A stretch of DNA of 64,000 bases, from positions 96,001 through 160,000 of the forward strand of contig CAVUKA010000005.1 in assembly GCA_963741945.1 (NCBI GenBank), written 5' to 3'. The notes below the pieces were generated by a model that was not told the origin of the DNA, did not search any database, and worked only from the letters and a program-made list of their open reading frames with translations. Shown here piece after piece: positions 48,965 to 57,751 of this stretch (position 1 is the stretch's first letter; every line of letters begins with the position of its first letter). A program made the translations under genes and the position numbers. The DNA comes from an uncultured Gemmatimonadales bacterium. Lineage in GTDB: Bacteria; Gemmatimonadota; Gemmatimonadetes; Longimicrobiales; RSA9.

Positions 48965-49641
48965 TCCGTCCGAACCTCGCGCGCCTTCCGGTACATGGCC
49001 GTGGCTTCCTGCCCCAGGTGCTTTCGGTCGTACAGGATCCCCATGGTGTAGTACGCCCGCACGTTCCGGGGCTGGTGCCGCACGGCCCGCTCCAGCATCT
49101 CCAGAGCGCCGTCCACGTCCCCGAGCTGGTTCAGCGCCTCACCCCGATAGAAGTAGGCTTCGCCATCCTGGTCATCCAGCTCGATAGCCCGCTTCAGCTC
49201 CGCCTCCGCCTGCCGGTACAGTCCGCGCTTGAACAGCACCACACCGAGCTGGCTGTGCGCTGCGCCGCTCTGCGGGTCCAGCCGCTGCGCCCGACGGAGC
49301 TCCTTCTCCGCGTCCTGGGATCGGCCAGCTGCGGCCAGCGCGGACCCGAGCGCCACGGCCACGTCCACGTCCTCGGCCGACTCCGACCGGGCAGACTCCA
49401 GCTGCTCCACCGCGAGCGCGATCTCCCCACGCTCCCGCAGAATGGCCGCGAGCGCGAGCCGCGCGGCCACGTCGCTCCCATCCTCCGCCACCCGCCGGCG
49501 CGCTTCCGTCAGCGCATCCACGGCGCTCGGCTCCTCGCGCGCCGGCGAGGCACCCGTTGCGTCCGCAGCGCCCACGGACCGCTCTTCCTGCTCCACGTTC
49601 CGGGACCTGCGGCCCCGTCTCTGGCTCACGCCATCGGTCAC
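48961..49641 (-). CDS. TPR protein
   Basis: Tandem 34-aa TPR patterns. Confidence 0.88.
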   Translation of the reverse strand: MTDGVSQRRGRRSRNVEQEERSVGAADATGASPAREEPSAVDALTEARRRVAEDGSDVAARLALAAILRERGEIALAVEQLESARSESAEDVDVAVALGSALAAAGRSQDAEKELRRAQRLDPQSGAAHSQLGVVLFKRGLYRQAEAELKRAIELDDQDGEAYFYRGEALNQLGDVDGALEMLERAVRHQPRNVRAYYTMGILYDRKHLGQEATAMYRKAREVRTE

Positions 49642-49970
49642 GACTCACCACTCACGTTAGCGACCACCCATTCGAGATATGGCCCGTGCCCGGTTTCCAC
49701 GGGCAGGACCAGAACCTCGGGGACATCGTACGGGTGCAGCTCAGGCACCCGCTCCACCAGCCTCGCCGCCGCCTGCGACGTCGTCTTCAATACGATCATG
49801 CACTCCTCCGCCCGCTCCACTTCCCCCGCCCACCGGTAGATCGACGTGACACCCGGCAGGATCGTGCCACAGGCGACGACGCCCTCCTCGACCAGCCGCC
49901 GAACCAGCGACTCGGCAGTCGCGGCATCCGGCGCGGTGACCAGCGCCACGCGGGCGTTCGCCTCAGTCAT
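49638..49970 (-). CDS. cutA: divalent-cation tolerance protein CutA
   Basis: AC, SIYRW, HPYDVPE, YLEW. Confidence 0.92.
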   Translation of the reverse strand: MTEANARVALVTAPDAATAESLVRRLVEEGVVACGTILPGVTSIYRWAGEVERAEECMIVLKTTSQAAARLVERVPELHPYDVPEVLVLPVETGHGPYLEWVVANVSGES

Positions 49971-51822
49971 CGTCCACCACGAGCACCCGGTTGTCCTGGT
50001 AGAGCACCTCGATGACGTCCTTGAACCGCTCTTCCACAACCCGCCGCTTCACCTTCTGCGTGGGAGTGAGCTCGCCCGTATCCACGGAGAACTCCGTGCG
50101 CAGCGCCGCGATCTTCTTCGGGCGCTCGAAGCGGGCGAACCCCTCGTGCAGACGCCCCAGCGACTCCAATTCCAGCTTCTCCAGGGTGCGGGGGTCGGAC
50201 AGGAAGCCGGCGGCGCCGGGATCCAGCCCCTCGGCCGCCGCCCACTCGGACAGCTTCTCCGTGTTCGGGACCAGCAGCAGGATCGGGTACGGCCGCCGGT
50301 CGCCCAGCATCACGGCCTCGTCGACGAACGGACTCTCCTTGACCCGGTTCTCGATGGGCTGCGGCGCGATGTTCTTCCCGCCCGCCGTCACGATCAGGTC
50401 CTTCTTCCGATCCGTGATCCGGAGGTATCCGTCCGTATCGATCTCCCCGATATCGCCGGTGTGGAACCAGCCATCCCCGTCGATGGCCGCCGCCGTGTCC
50501 TCCGGGCGGTTGAAATAGCCCTGCATCACCTGCGGTCCACGGACCAGGATCTCGCCGTCGCCGGCGATCATGACCTCCGTGGCGGCCACGGGCTTGCCGA
50601 CCGTACCGAAGCGCAGGTCCTGCTCCGTGTTCACATTGGTCACCGGCGAGGTCTCGGTCAGGCCGTAGCCTTCCAGGATCAGGACTTTCGCGCCGTAGAA
50701 GAACGTGGCCACGTGCTGCGCCAGCGGTGCGCCACCGGAAATGAAGAACCGGAGCCGACCGCCGATCCGCTCGCGCAGCTTCCGGAACACGAGCCGGTCT
50801 GCCACGGCGCGCTGTGCCACGATGGCCAGCCCCGGCGAGCGTCCCGCCATCTTCGCGGCCGTCCATTCGCGGGCGACCATGGCCGCCCACGCCACCAGCT
50901 TCCCCTTCACACCGGTCTGCGACACGACCCGGTCGTATACCTTTTCGTACAGCCGGGGCGTGGAGACCGCGATCGTGGGGCGGACTTCCACCAGCGACTC
51001 CGCCACCAGCTGGATGTCGTGCACATAGGCGATGCTCACGCCGTGCGAGAACAGCCAGTAGTCCACCATGCGCTCCAGGATATGCGAGAGCGGGAGGAAG
51101 CTCACCGCCACGTCCTCCGGACTCGCGTAGAACGCCCGGTCCACCGCCTCCACGTTGCTGTGGATGTTGTTGTGCGTCAGGAGCACGCCCTTCGGCGGTC
51201 CGGTGGTGCCGGATGTGTACAGCATGGTGGCGATGTCGTCCGGCTCCGCCGCCAGAGCGCGCTCCCGGAAGTCACCCCCCCGCCCCTCCGACTCCTCCAC
51301 CGCCCCGCGCCCCTGGAGCTCCGCCAGTGTGAGCACCCGGTCGTCGTCCGACTCGCCGTCGAACAGCACGGCCCACTCCAGCGACGGCACCTCATCCCAG
51401 ATCTCCTGCACCTTCGCCAGCTGATCGGCGTCGGAAGTGAAAATCAGGCGGATGCCGGCGTCTTTCAGGATGTACGCCACCTGGTTGGCCGGCAGCGTGT
51501 CGTAGACCGGGATATCCGTGATCCCCGCGCACAGCGCCGCCCAATCCGCCTGCGCCCATTCCGGGCGATTCTCCGACAGGATCGCCACACGGTCGCCGCG
51601 CTCGAGCCCCAGCGAGCGCAGGCCGAGCGACGCGTGCCGCACGCGCTCGAGCAAGGTCCGGTGCGAGATCGAGCGCCACTCGCCGGGGGCGACGCGATAC
51701 TGCAGCGCCCGCTCGCTGTCGATCTCGTCGACAGCGTGGAAGAAGAGCTCCACCAGCGTGCCCCTGGGCAGGTCGGCGGGATTGGCCGCGTACTGGCGGG
51801 TGGTCTCTGAAGCCATCGCCAT
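49963..51822 (-). CDS. long-chain fatty acid-CoA ligase
   Basis: YTSGTTGPPKG, EGYGLTE, TGDIG, DRKKD, LTPTQK. Confidence 0.95.
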   Translation of the reverse strand: MAMASETTRQYAANPADLPRGTLVELFFHAVDEIDSERALQYRVAPGEWRSISHRTLLERVRHASLGLRSLGLERGDRVAILSENRPEWAQADWAALCAGITDIPVYDTLPANQVAYILKDAGIRLIFTSDADQLAKVQEIWDEVPSLEWAVLFDGESDDDRVLTLAELQGRGAVEESEGRGGDFRERALAAEPDDIATMLYTSGTTGPPKGVLLTHNNIHSNVEAVDRAFYASPEDVAVSFLPLSHILERMVDYWLFSHGVSIAYVHDIQLVAESLVEVRPTIAVSTPRLYEKVYDRVVSQTGVKGKLVAWAAMVAREWTAAKMAGRSPGLAIVAQRAVADRLVFRKLRERIGGRLRFFISGGAPLAQHVATFFYGAKVLILEGYGLTETSPVTNVNTEQDLRFGTVGKPVAATEVMIAGDGEILVRGPQVMQGYFNRPEDTAAAIDGDGWFHTGDIGEIDTDGYLRITDRKKDLIVTAGGKNIAPQPIENRVKESPFVDEAVMLGDRRPYPILLLVPNTEKLSEWAAAEGLDPGAAGFLSDPRTLEKLELESLGRLHEGFARFERPKKIAALRTEFSVDTGELTPTQKVKRRVVEERFKDVIEVLYQDNRVLVVDDD

Positions 51823-51848
51823 GGGAGTCTCCGGTCTCTGGAAGGCAA

Positions 51849-52256
51849 TCAGCCGCGGTCGATCCGGATCGTCAGATCGAGGTCCGGCTGGAGCGTGTGC
51901 AGTACGCTGCAATACCTGTCCCGCGAAAGGTCGATCGCGCGCTGGAGCTTGTCTCCGTGCTCTTCGGCGATCCCCTCGGTCTCGTATACCAGGCGCACAA
52001 CCGTGTATCTGCGCGGTGCCTTCGGGCGCCGGTCACCCTCCGCCCGGACCCGCAATGCCGTGAAAGGCACATGCATCCGGTTGAGGATCTCCACCAGATC
52101 GGCTCCCATGCAGGTGGCCAGCCCGGTCAGCAGCATCTCCATCGGCGACGGTCCGGCTTTGCGATCCCCGTCCACCACCACGGGCACGCCCGCCTTCCCT
52201 CGCGTAGCGAACCGTAGCTCGCCCTCCCAGTGGGCTTCCACCGTGATGTCGCTCAC
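51849..52256 (-). CDS. OsmC-family protein
   Basis: PSPME...LATC, YCSV. Confidence 0.9.
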   Translation of the reverse strand: MSDITVEAHWEGELRFATRGKAGVPVVVDGDRKAGPSPMEMLLTGLATCMGADLVEILNRMHVPFTALRVRAEGDRRPKAPRRYTVVRLVYETEGIAEEHGDKLQRAIDLSRDRYCSVLHTLQPDLDLTIRIDRG

Positions 52257-52690
52257 CCGGACTCCCCCTCCGCTCCCCCCACGCCGCCCTCCAGCCGGTT
52301 CAGCGTGGCCTGGGCGTGAGCCACGTGACGCTGCGCTTCCTCATCGGCCGGCGGGGTGGCCAGGAAGCTGCGCAGGTGTTCCGCCGCCCGCTCCGCCCGC
52401 CCCTCAGCCAGGTGCAGGAACGCCAGCCCGTAGTGCGCCCCCGCAGCGCTCGGATCCCGCTCCAGCACCGTCCGATACGTCTTCGCCGCCTCGTCGGTCA
52501 TCCCGATGCGGGTGTAGGTGATGGCGATCTGCTGCATGACCGCCAGGTCCTTCGGACGGTTGCGCTGCGCCAGGCGGAAGGATGTGAGCGCCTCGTGGTA
52601 CCGCCCCGATCGGAGCAGTTCCGTTCCCTCGCGGTAGTAGTCCACCGCCTCTGGTTCCGTTGCGGTGAACAATCTCTTCAAGAAGTCCAT
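52253..52690 (-). CDS. TPR protein
   Basis: TPR patterns; GGAG RBS before MDFLKRLF. Confidence 0.85.
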   Translation of the reverse strand: MDFLKRLFTATEPEAVDYYREGTELLRSGRYHEALTSFRLAQRNRPKDLAVMQQIAITYTRIGMTDEAAKTYRTVLERDPSAAGAHYGLAFLHLAEGRAERAAEHLRSFLATPPADEEAQRHVAHAQATLNRLEGGVGGAEGESG

Positions 52691-52772
52691 GGACTCCAGG
52701 ATCGGGAGGGTGCTACAGCCTCGATGGGAACAATCGGCAAGATAGAAATGGCCCCGGGCCCACGCAATCCGG

Positions 52773-53486
52773 TCACCTGCCCGCCACCACGGTTTCCCCC
52801 TCTCGCGCCAGCGTCCGGAGTCCCGCCGCATCCACCCGCTCGCCCGCGTCCGCCGGCGCCGGCTCCACCAGGAGGCGACCCCCGGGCGACACCAGCCGCG
52901 CGCCTTCTTCCAGCCAGTCCGCCGCCCACCCCGTGAGCGCCACCGCCCGCACCCCCCGACTGCGCACGGGCAGCGCCGAAGAGACCCGGAGCGCGGACCA
53001 CGACCGCGGCTCCCGCTCGATGGCAGCCTCGCCGGCGGGAGTGTCGCCGGCCGCACCTTCGCCGGCCGCAGCTTCGCCGCCCGCAGCGCAGTCGAGGGAG
53101 GGCGGCGCTCCCGGGCGGGCGCCGACCACGGTCAGCACGTCGATGTCCGGGAGGAGCGCCGCGAGCGCCCCGGCGTGCGCGGCAGCCGGCCCGGCGAGGA
53201 TCACCGTGCCCCCACCTTCCCCCAGTCCGAGCAGCCCGCCCAGACGCACGGCGGCATCATCGCCGGCCGTCGGACGCGACTCCCGGACGCCGGTGTCTTT
53301 CGGCGCCTCGCCGGGGACCTCCAGCTCGGCGACGCCTCCCGTGATGGGGTAGCGCTCCCGACAGTTCGGACACCCCAGCACGCCCTCATCCACCCACCGG
53401 CCCATCGAGCGGGTGGGCATCAGCACGAGCCCCCACTCCGGGCCGCAGCGGGGGCAGGTCAGCAGGTCGCTCAAGGATGCCTTCAT
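52773..53486 (-). CDS. Trm112-like Zn domain fused to a degenerate methyltransferase-like domain
   Basis: LLTCPRC...GVLGCPNCRERYPI; C-terminal ARLVSPGGRLLV. Confidence 0.7.
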   Translation of the reverse strand: MKASLSDLLTCPRCGPEWGLVLMPTRSMGRWVDEGVLGCPNCRERYPITGGVAELEVPGEAPKDTGVRESRPTAGDDAAVRLGGLLGLGEGGGTVILAGPAAAHAGALAALLPDIDVLTVVGARPGAPPSLDCAAGGEAAAGEGAAGDTPAGEAAIEREPRSWSALRVSSALPVRSRGVRAVALTGWAADWLEEGARLVSPGGRLLVEPAPADAGERVDAAGLRTLAREGETVVAGR

Positions 53487-53535
53487 CTGGACGGGGCCTG
53501 GGTCATGGGACGGCGTCCGCGGCGCCGGGTCCGGC

Positions 53536-53922
53536 TCAGAAGAACAGCGTCTTCTCCGAGTACTGCGCCCATTGCGTGGGCGTTTCCCAGATCCGGATGT
53601 AGAGGAGAGCTTCACTCATCCTCCCGGGGAGCCGGCCTTTCAGCTCGTCGAAGAAGAAACGGGCCTGGTTTTCGGCCGATGGCTCGAGCTCGGTGAACGG
53701 CGGCAGGTCATTGATGTTCTCGTGGTCCATCCAGTCGGCGAGCTCCCGCAGGTGGCGCTTCACTTCCACGAAGTCGTACGCCAGCCCGCCCTCGTTCAGC
53801 GCTTCGGCCGTGAGCGCGGCCTCGACCACGTAATGGTGGCCGTGCAGCTTCTCGCACTTCCCCTTGTACTTCCGGAGGAAATGCGCCGAGTCATAGTGTG
53901 CCTGAACCGTGACTACGTACAT
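53536..53922 (-). CDS. queD: COG0720 6-carboxytetrahydropterin synthase (QueD / PTPS-I/III type)
   Basis: SAH, CEKLHGH, DH, SAEN, WET. Confidence 0.85.
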   Translation of the reverse strand: MYVVTVQAHYDSAHFLRKYKGKCEKLHGHHYVVEAALTAEALNEGGLAYDFVEVKRHLRELADWMDHENINDLPPFTELEPSAENQARFFFDELKGRLPGRMSEALLYIRIWETPTQWAQYSEKTLFF

Positions 53923-53925
53923 GGA

Positions 53926-54639
53926 TCAGCTCCGTTGCACCGAAACGACGGGGATCCGAACCTCCGTCGGTCGGGATAAGGCGTACAGCACCGCGTCGGC
54001 CACCGCCTCCGCGGACAACATCTGTTCGCGCGACGGCAGGTCCTCGCGCGCGTTCGGCTGGATTGCGTCCCAGATCGGCGTGTCCGTGGCCGCGGGCTCC
54101 ACCAGCGTGGCCCGCACCCCCGTCCCCCTCAGCTCCTCGTCCAGCACGGCGTGCAGGCCGCGCACCCCGAACTTCGACGCCGAGTAGGCGCCGTTCCCCG
54201 GGAACGCCGAGCGCCCGGCCACCGAGCCCACGGTCACGATCTGTCCCTGACCCCGGGCGAGCATGGCGGGGAGGAACGCGCGAATGCAGAGGAACGGAGC
54301 CCTGAGATTGCCATCGAGCATCCGGTCCAGCATCGCGGGGTCGGTCTCCGCGACGGGCGCCAGGTCGAACGCACCCGCCGCGTTGACGAGCGCGTCCAGC
54401 GAGCCGGCAGCCTCCACGCGCTCACGAAGAGCCGCCACCGCGGAAGCGTCCGCGACATCGGCCGGCAGCGCCTCCGCGCCCAGCTCCTGCGCCAGCGCCC
54501 CGAGCCGGTCCGCGGTCCGCGCCGTGAGAAGCAGGCGCGCGCCCGAGCTGGCCAGTCCCCGGGCCACGGCGAGCCCGATGCCGCCCGTGGCTCCCGTCAC
54601 CAGGACACGACGGTCCCGGAGCTCAGGCCACGATGCCAT
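53926..54639 (-). CDS. SDR oxidoreductase in the pterin operon
   Basis: [17 protein letters not shown]. Confidence 0.88.
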   Translation of the reverse strand: MASWPELRDRRVLVTGATGGIGLAVARGLASSGARLLLTARTADRLGALAQELGAEALPADVADASAVAALRERVEAAGSLDALVNAAGAFDLAPVAETDPAMLDRMLDGNLRAPFLCIRAFLPAMLARGQGQIVTVGSVAGRSAFPGNGAYSASKFGVRGLHAVLDEELRGTGVRATLVEPAATDTPIWDAIQPNAREDLPSREQMLSAEAVADAVLYALSRPTEVRIPVVSVQRS

Positions 54640-55243
54640 TGATCGCGCTCAGACGCAGGAACTCCTCGCGCGTCCGGAGATCCTCCAGGAACACGCCCTT
54701 CATGGCGCTGGTGATGGTCTTCGAGTTCTGCTTCTCCACGCCGCGCATCATCATGCACAGGTGGTACGCCTCGCAGACCACGGCCACGCCCTCCGGCTCC
54801 AGCACGCGCTGGATCGCCTCGGCGATCTGCTCCGTCAGCCGCTCCTGCACCTGGAGCCGGCGCGCGAAGACATCCACCACCCGCGGGACCTTCGACAGAC
54901 CCACGATCCGCCCGTTCGGGATGTAGGCGACGTGCACCTTCCCGAAGAACGGGAGCATGTGGTGCTCGCACATCGAGTACATCTCGATGTCCTTCACCAC
55001 CACCATGTTGTGGTGGTCCTCGTCGAACATGGCGTCCCCGATCACTTCCTCCACCGACTGGCCATAGCCCCGCGTCAGCCACGTCAGGCTGTCCGCCACG
55101 CGCGTCGGCGTCTTCAGCAGCCCCTGGCGATCCGGGTCCTCACCCAGCCGCACGAGCAGCTCCCGCACCAGCTCCGGCAGCTCCACCGAAGCGAGCGGTC
55201 GGGCCGTCTCCACGGCCGCTCCCGTCTCCCCGTTCGCTGTCAT
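54623..55243 (-). CDS. folE: GTP cyclohydrolase I
   Basis: [28 protein letters not shown]. Confidence 0.97.
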   Translation of the reverse strand: MTANGETGAAVETARPLASVELPELVRELLVRLGEDPDRQGLLKTPTRVADSLTWLTRGYGQSVEEVIGDAMFDEDHHNMVVVKDIEMYSMCEHHMLPFFGKVHVAYIPNGRIVGLSKVPRVVDVFARRLQVQERLTEQIAEAIQRVLEPEGVAVVCEAYHLCMMMRGVEKQNSKTITSAMKGVFLEDLRTREEFLRLSAINGIVA

Positions 55244-55659
55244 CGGTCCCCGCTGTACTCGACATAGTTCCGCGGCGTCTCCCACAGCCCCAGCCGTAGC
55301 AGCCGGACCCCATCCGGCATGGCCGGCTCCAGCCGCCGCCAGATCGCGACCACCAGGTTCTCCGTTGTGGGATTCAACCCTTCCATCCACCCCACATCCA
55401 GGTTCAGGTTCCGGTGGTCGACATCCCCGATCACCCGCTCCTCGACCAGCGATTTCAATGCCTTCAGGTCGAGCACGAACCCCGTCTCCGGGGAAATCTC
55501 CCCCTCGACCGTGACATCCAGCTCGTAATTGTGACCGTGCCAGTTCGGATTCGAGCAGTCCCCGAACACTTCCCGGTTCTTCTCGGCGCTCCACTCCGCT
55601 CGACCAAGCCTGTGCGCCGCCGCGAAGTGAAGCCGCCGCGTCACCGCCACGTTCGCCAT
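55240..55659 (-). CDS. 6-pyruvoyl-tetrahydropterin synthase (PTPS-II type)
   Basis: [18 protein letters not shown] (Cx5HGH), DHRNLN, TTEN, WET. Confidence 0.9.
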   Translation of the reverse strand: MANVAVTRRLHFAAAHRLGRAEWSAEKNREVFGDCSNPNWHGHNYELDVTVEGEISPETGFVLDLKALKSLVEERVIGDVDHRNLNLDVGWMEGLNPTTENLVVAIWRRLEPAMPDGVRLLRLGLWETPRNYVEYSGDR

Positions 55660-55760
55660 GCCAACCCCCCCTCTCGAGGATCCGGGCCACCGCCACAACG
55701 GTCCACGCCGCCGCCCCGCCCACCGTCCGTCAACTTCCGCGATGGCGCACGCGCATATCG

Positions 55761-55795
55761 AAAGGGCCGGCCCGTGACGATCCACAGGCCGGCCC
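55761..55795 (-). terminator. hairpin terminator downstream of 6S RNA
   Basis: GGGCCGGCC...GGCCGGCCC followed by TTT on the minus strand. Confidence 0.55.
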
Positions 55796-55796
55796 G

Positions 55797-55953
55797 ATCG
55801 GCGCACCGAAGGGTGAATTTGAAGCCCAGTTTTCAATAACTGGTGACCTCCCCGCGCCTTCCGCCTTCCCTCGCGGGCCTGGCGTCCGGCGCAGAAGCGG
55901 GTCCCTGCTTCTTCAGTGTCGGCTCAAATTAGGAGCCCCCCAGCACGCCGCAT
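55797..55953 (-). ncRNA. ssrS: 6S RNA (probable)
   Basis: 15-bp terminal helix CGGCGTGCTGGGGGG/CCCTTCGGTGCGCCG that needs G-U pairs (minus strand); TGAGCCGACA and TTGAA...TTCAA resemble 6S elements; TTGACG upstream. Confidence 0.72.
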
Positions 55954-56040
55954 GTCCAATCTCTACCCAACCCCGTGTCGCGTCAACAGCCGGCCGCCCC
56001 CGGACCGTGGCCACCCACCGGCGGTCGGCCGCGACCGCTG

Positions 56041-56095
56041 GCGGACAACGACGAAACGGCCGCTGCAAATGAGCAGCGACCGTTCGTCTGTCCGC
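56041..56095 (-). terminator. long hairpin, probable terminator
   Basis: GCGGACA...CGGTCGCTGC-tcattt-GCAGCGGCCG TTTCG...TGTCCGC. Confidence 0.5.
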
Positions 56096-56278
56096 GGCGC
56101 TCTCCCCGGTTATCCCGCCGCCGCGGTCACCCTTGTTGTGCCACCCGTTGAGGCAGGAACGGGTCCTCGCCGCTCAATGCTGGCGCAAGTCCAATCGCCG
56201 CAAACGCTTAGGAGGATGGGTCCCGCACGTTGATACGCCCGCAGTCGGCTACTCTTTGCCGCCATCCTTCACTTTGGT

Positions 56279-57179
56279 TCAACCGCGGTAGCTCCGGAGC
56301 CGCGCCAGGTTGGCGCGGTCGGCCACCAGCGCATCGTCGCCCTTGGGTGTTTCGATCACCTTGGGGACACCGCGCAGCGCCGGATGGCGGACGATGGCGG
56401 CGAACACGTCCTCACCGATGGTCCCCTGCCCGATGTCCGCGTGGCGGTCCCGCTGGGCCGCGAAGGGCGCCAGGGAGTCGTTGAGGTGGAGGAAGCGGAG
56501 GTAGCGGAGTCCGACGGTGCGGTCGAAGCGTTCCAGGACGTCGTCGAGGGCGCGCAGATCGTATCCGGCGGCCCAGAGGTGACAGGTGTCGAGACAGAAT
56601 GGCGATCCGATGCGGGTGTCGGTCGGCCACGTCGCCCAGCATCCGGGCCAGCTCCTCGAACGTCGAACCCAGGGCGGTCCCGGTGCCGGCGGTCCCCTCG
56701 AGGAGGACGCGGACGTCGCCGGGGGTCGCGTCGAGGGCATCGGCAATGGCGCTGGCGTTCTGACGCAAGCCGCGGCCGGCATCGCCGTCGGTGGCATTGC
56801 CGGGATGGGTGACCACGAACTCGAGGCCGAGTGTCTCACTGCGCCGGAGCTCGGCGGTGAACGAGGCGCGGGACCGTTCAAGGAGCGCGGGATCGGGGGT
56901 GGCCAGGTTGATGAGGTAGGAATCGTGCGACGCGGCCACGCGGACGCCATGGGCTGTGCGTGCCGCCCGGAAAGCTTCGGCCTGCCGGGTCGAGAGCTCC
57001 CGTTCGGCCCAGCGGTTCGGCTGCTTGGTGAAGAGCTGCAGGACCACGGAGTCCAGCTCTGCGGCCCGCGCGGGTGCATTCTCGACGCCGCCGGCCGTGG
57101 AGACGTGGGCGCCCATCTCGTCGGCGCCCGGACCTGGTCCGGGAAAGGCATGGGGCCGGTCCGCAATTTGCTCGGGCAT
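56279..57179 (-). pseudogene. nfo: endonuclease IV, frameshifted at ~56600
   Basis: GAHVS, HDSYLINL, HPG and LLE in one frame; CLDTCH, HLND, DRH and ETP in another; one extra base at the junction. Confidence 0.88.
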
Positions 57180-57214
57180 CCCGGTGAAGGTGTGCCCTCA
57201 GGAGCAACTGTCAA

Positions 57215-57751
57215 ATGGTGCTGGGTCTTTATCTCTCGCTGGCAATCGTGCTGCCGCTGGCCGTCGGGGCGACAGTGCGCCTCCGATCCCTCCCCCGCAC
57301 GCGCCAGTGTCCGGGGTGCGGACGGGAGACGCTTCGGCTGCGCTCGCGGCTGCACGCGGCCGTGAGCTTCCTGTCCCGCCGCCATGATCTGCATCATCGG
57401 TGGTGCCCGGCCTGCACCTGGAAGGGGACGGTCCGACTGGCGAACAGCGCGTCCGTTCCGTTCGGCGACTCCCCCGATGCTTCGGTGATGGCGCCGCCGG
57501 CGGGTGTGGGCGAGAGCGTGGAGGTTCGGCACGTCGACGTCGCCGGCCACAGGTGGCGGGTCATGGTGCAATGCTGGCAGACCCGGAACGGCTGGGTCGG
57601 CCGGCTGCTCTTCGTCGGCCCGGACGGTCACGCCTGGATGGAGGCGGACTGGTCGATCAAGGGGCGCTCCGTTCCCGAAGTGCTGGCCCACGCGCTGACG
57701 ATCCCCGAACATTCGCTCAGCGGGCGCCTCCGGCGCGCGCTGCAGCACTGA
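57215..57751 (+). CDS. membrane-anchored protein with zinc ribbon
   Basis: N-terminal TM; CPGC...CPAC; AGGAG RBS. Confidence 0.75.
   Translation: MVLGLYLSLAIVLPLAVGATVRLRSLPRTRQCPGCGRETLRLRSRLHAAVSFLSRRHDLHHRWCPACTWKGTVRLANSASVPFGDSPDASVMAPPAGVGESVEVRHVDVAGHRWRVMVQCWQTRNGWVGRLLFVGPDGHAWMEADWSIKGRSVPEVLAHALTIPEHSLSGRLRRALQH

Noticed and set aside
53536-55659. 7-deazaguanine DNA-modification (dpd) system
   Set aside because: folE and queD are present but there is no dpdA/tgt-like, queC or queE gene in the window, and the context is housekeeping
56094-56230. Known ribozyme or riboswitch (HDV-like, pistol, glmS, ZTP) or SRP RNA
   Set aside because: Only short partial motifs (TCCTCGC, CCTAAGCGT, GCGCCAG); required pairings and cores not found, so it is left unassigned
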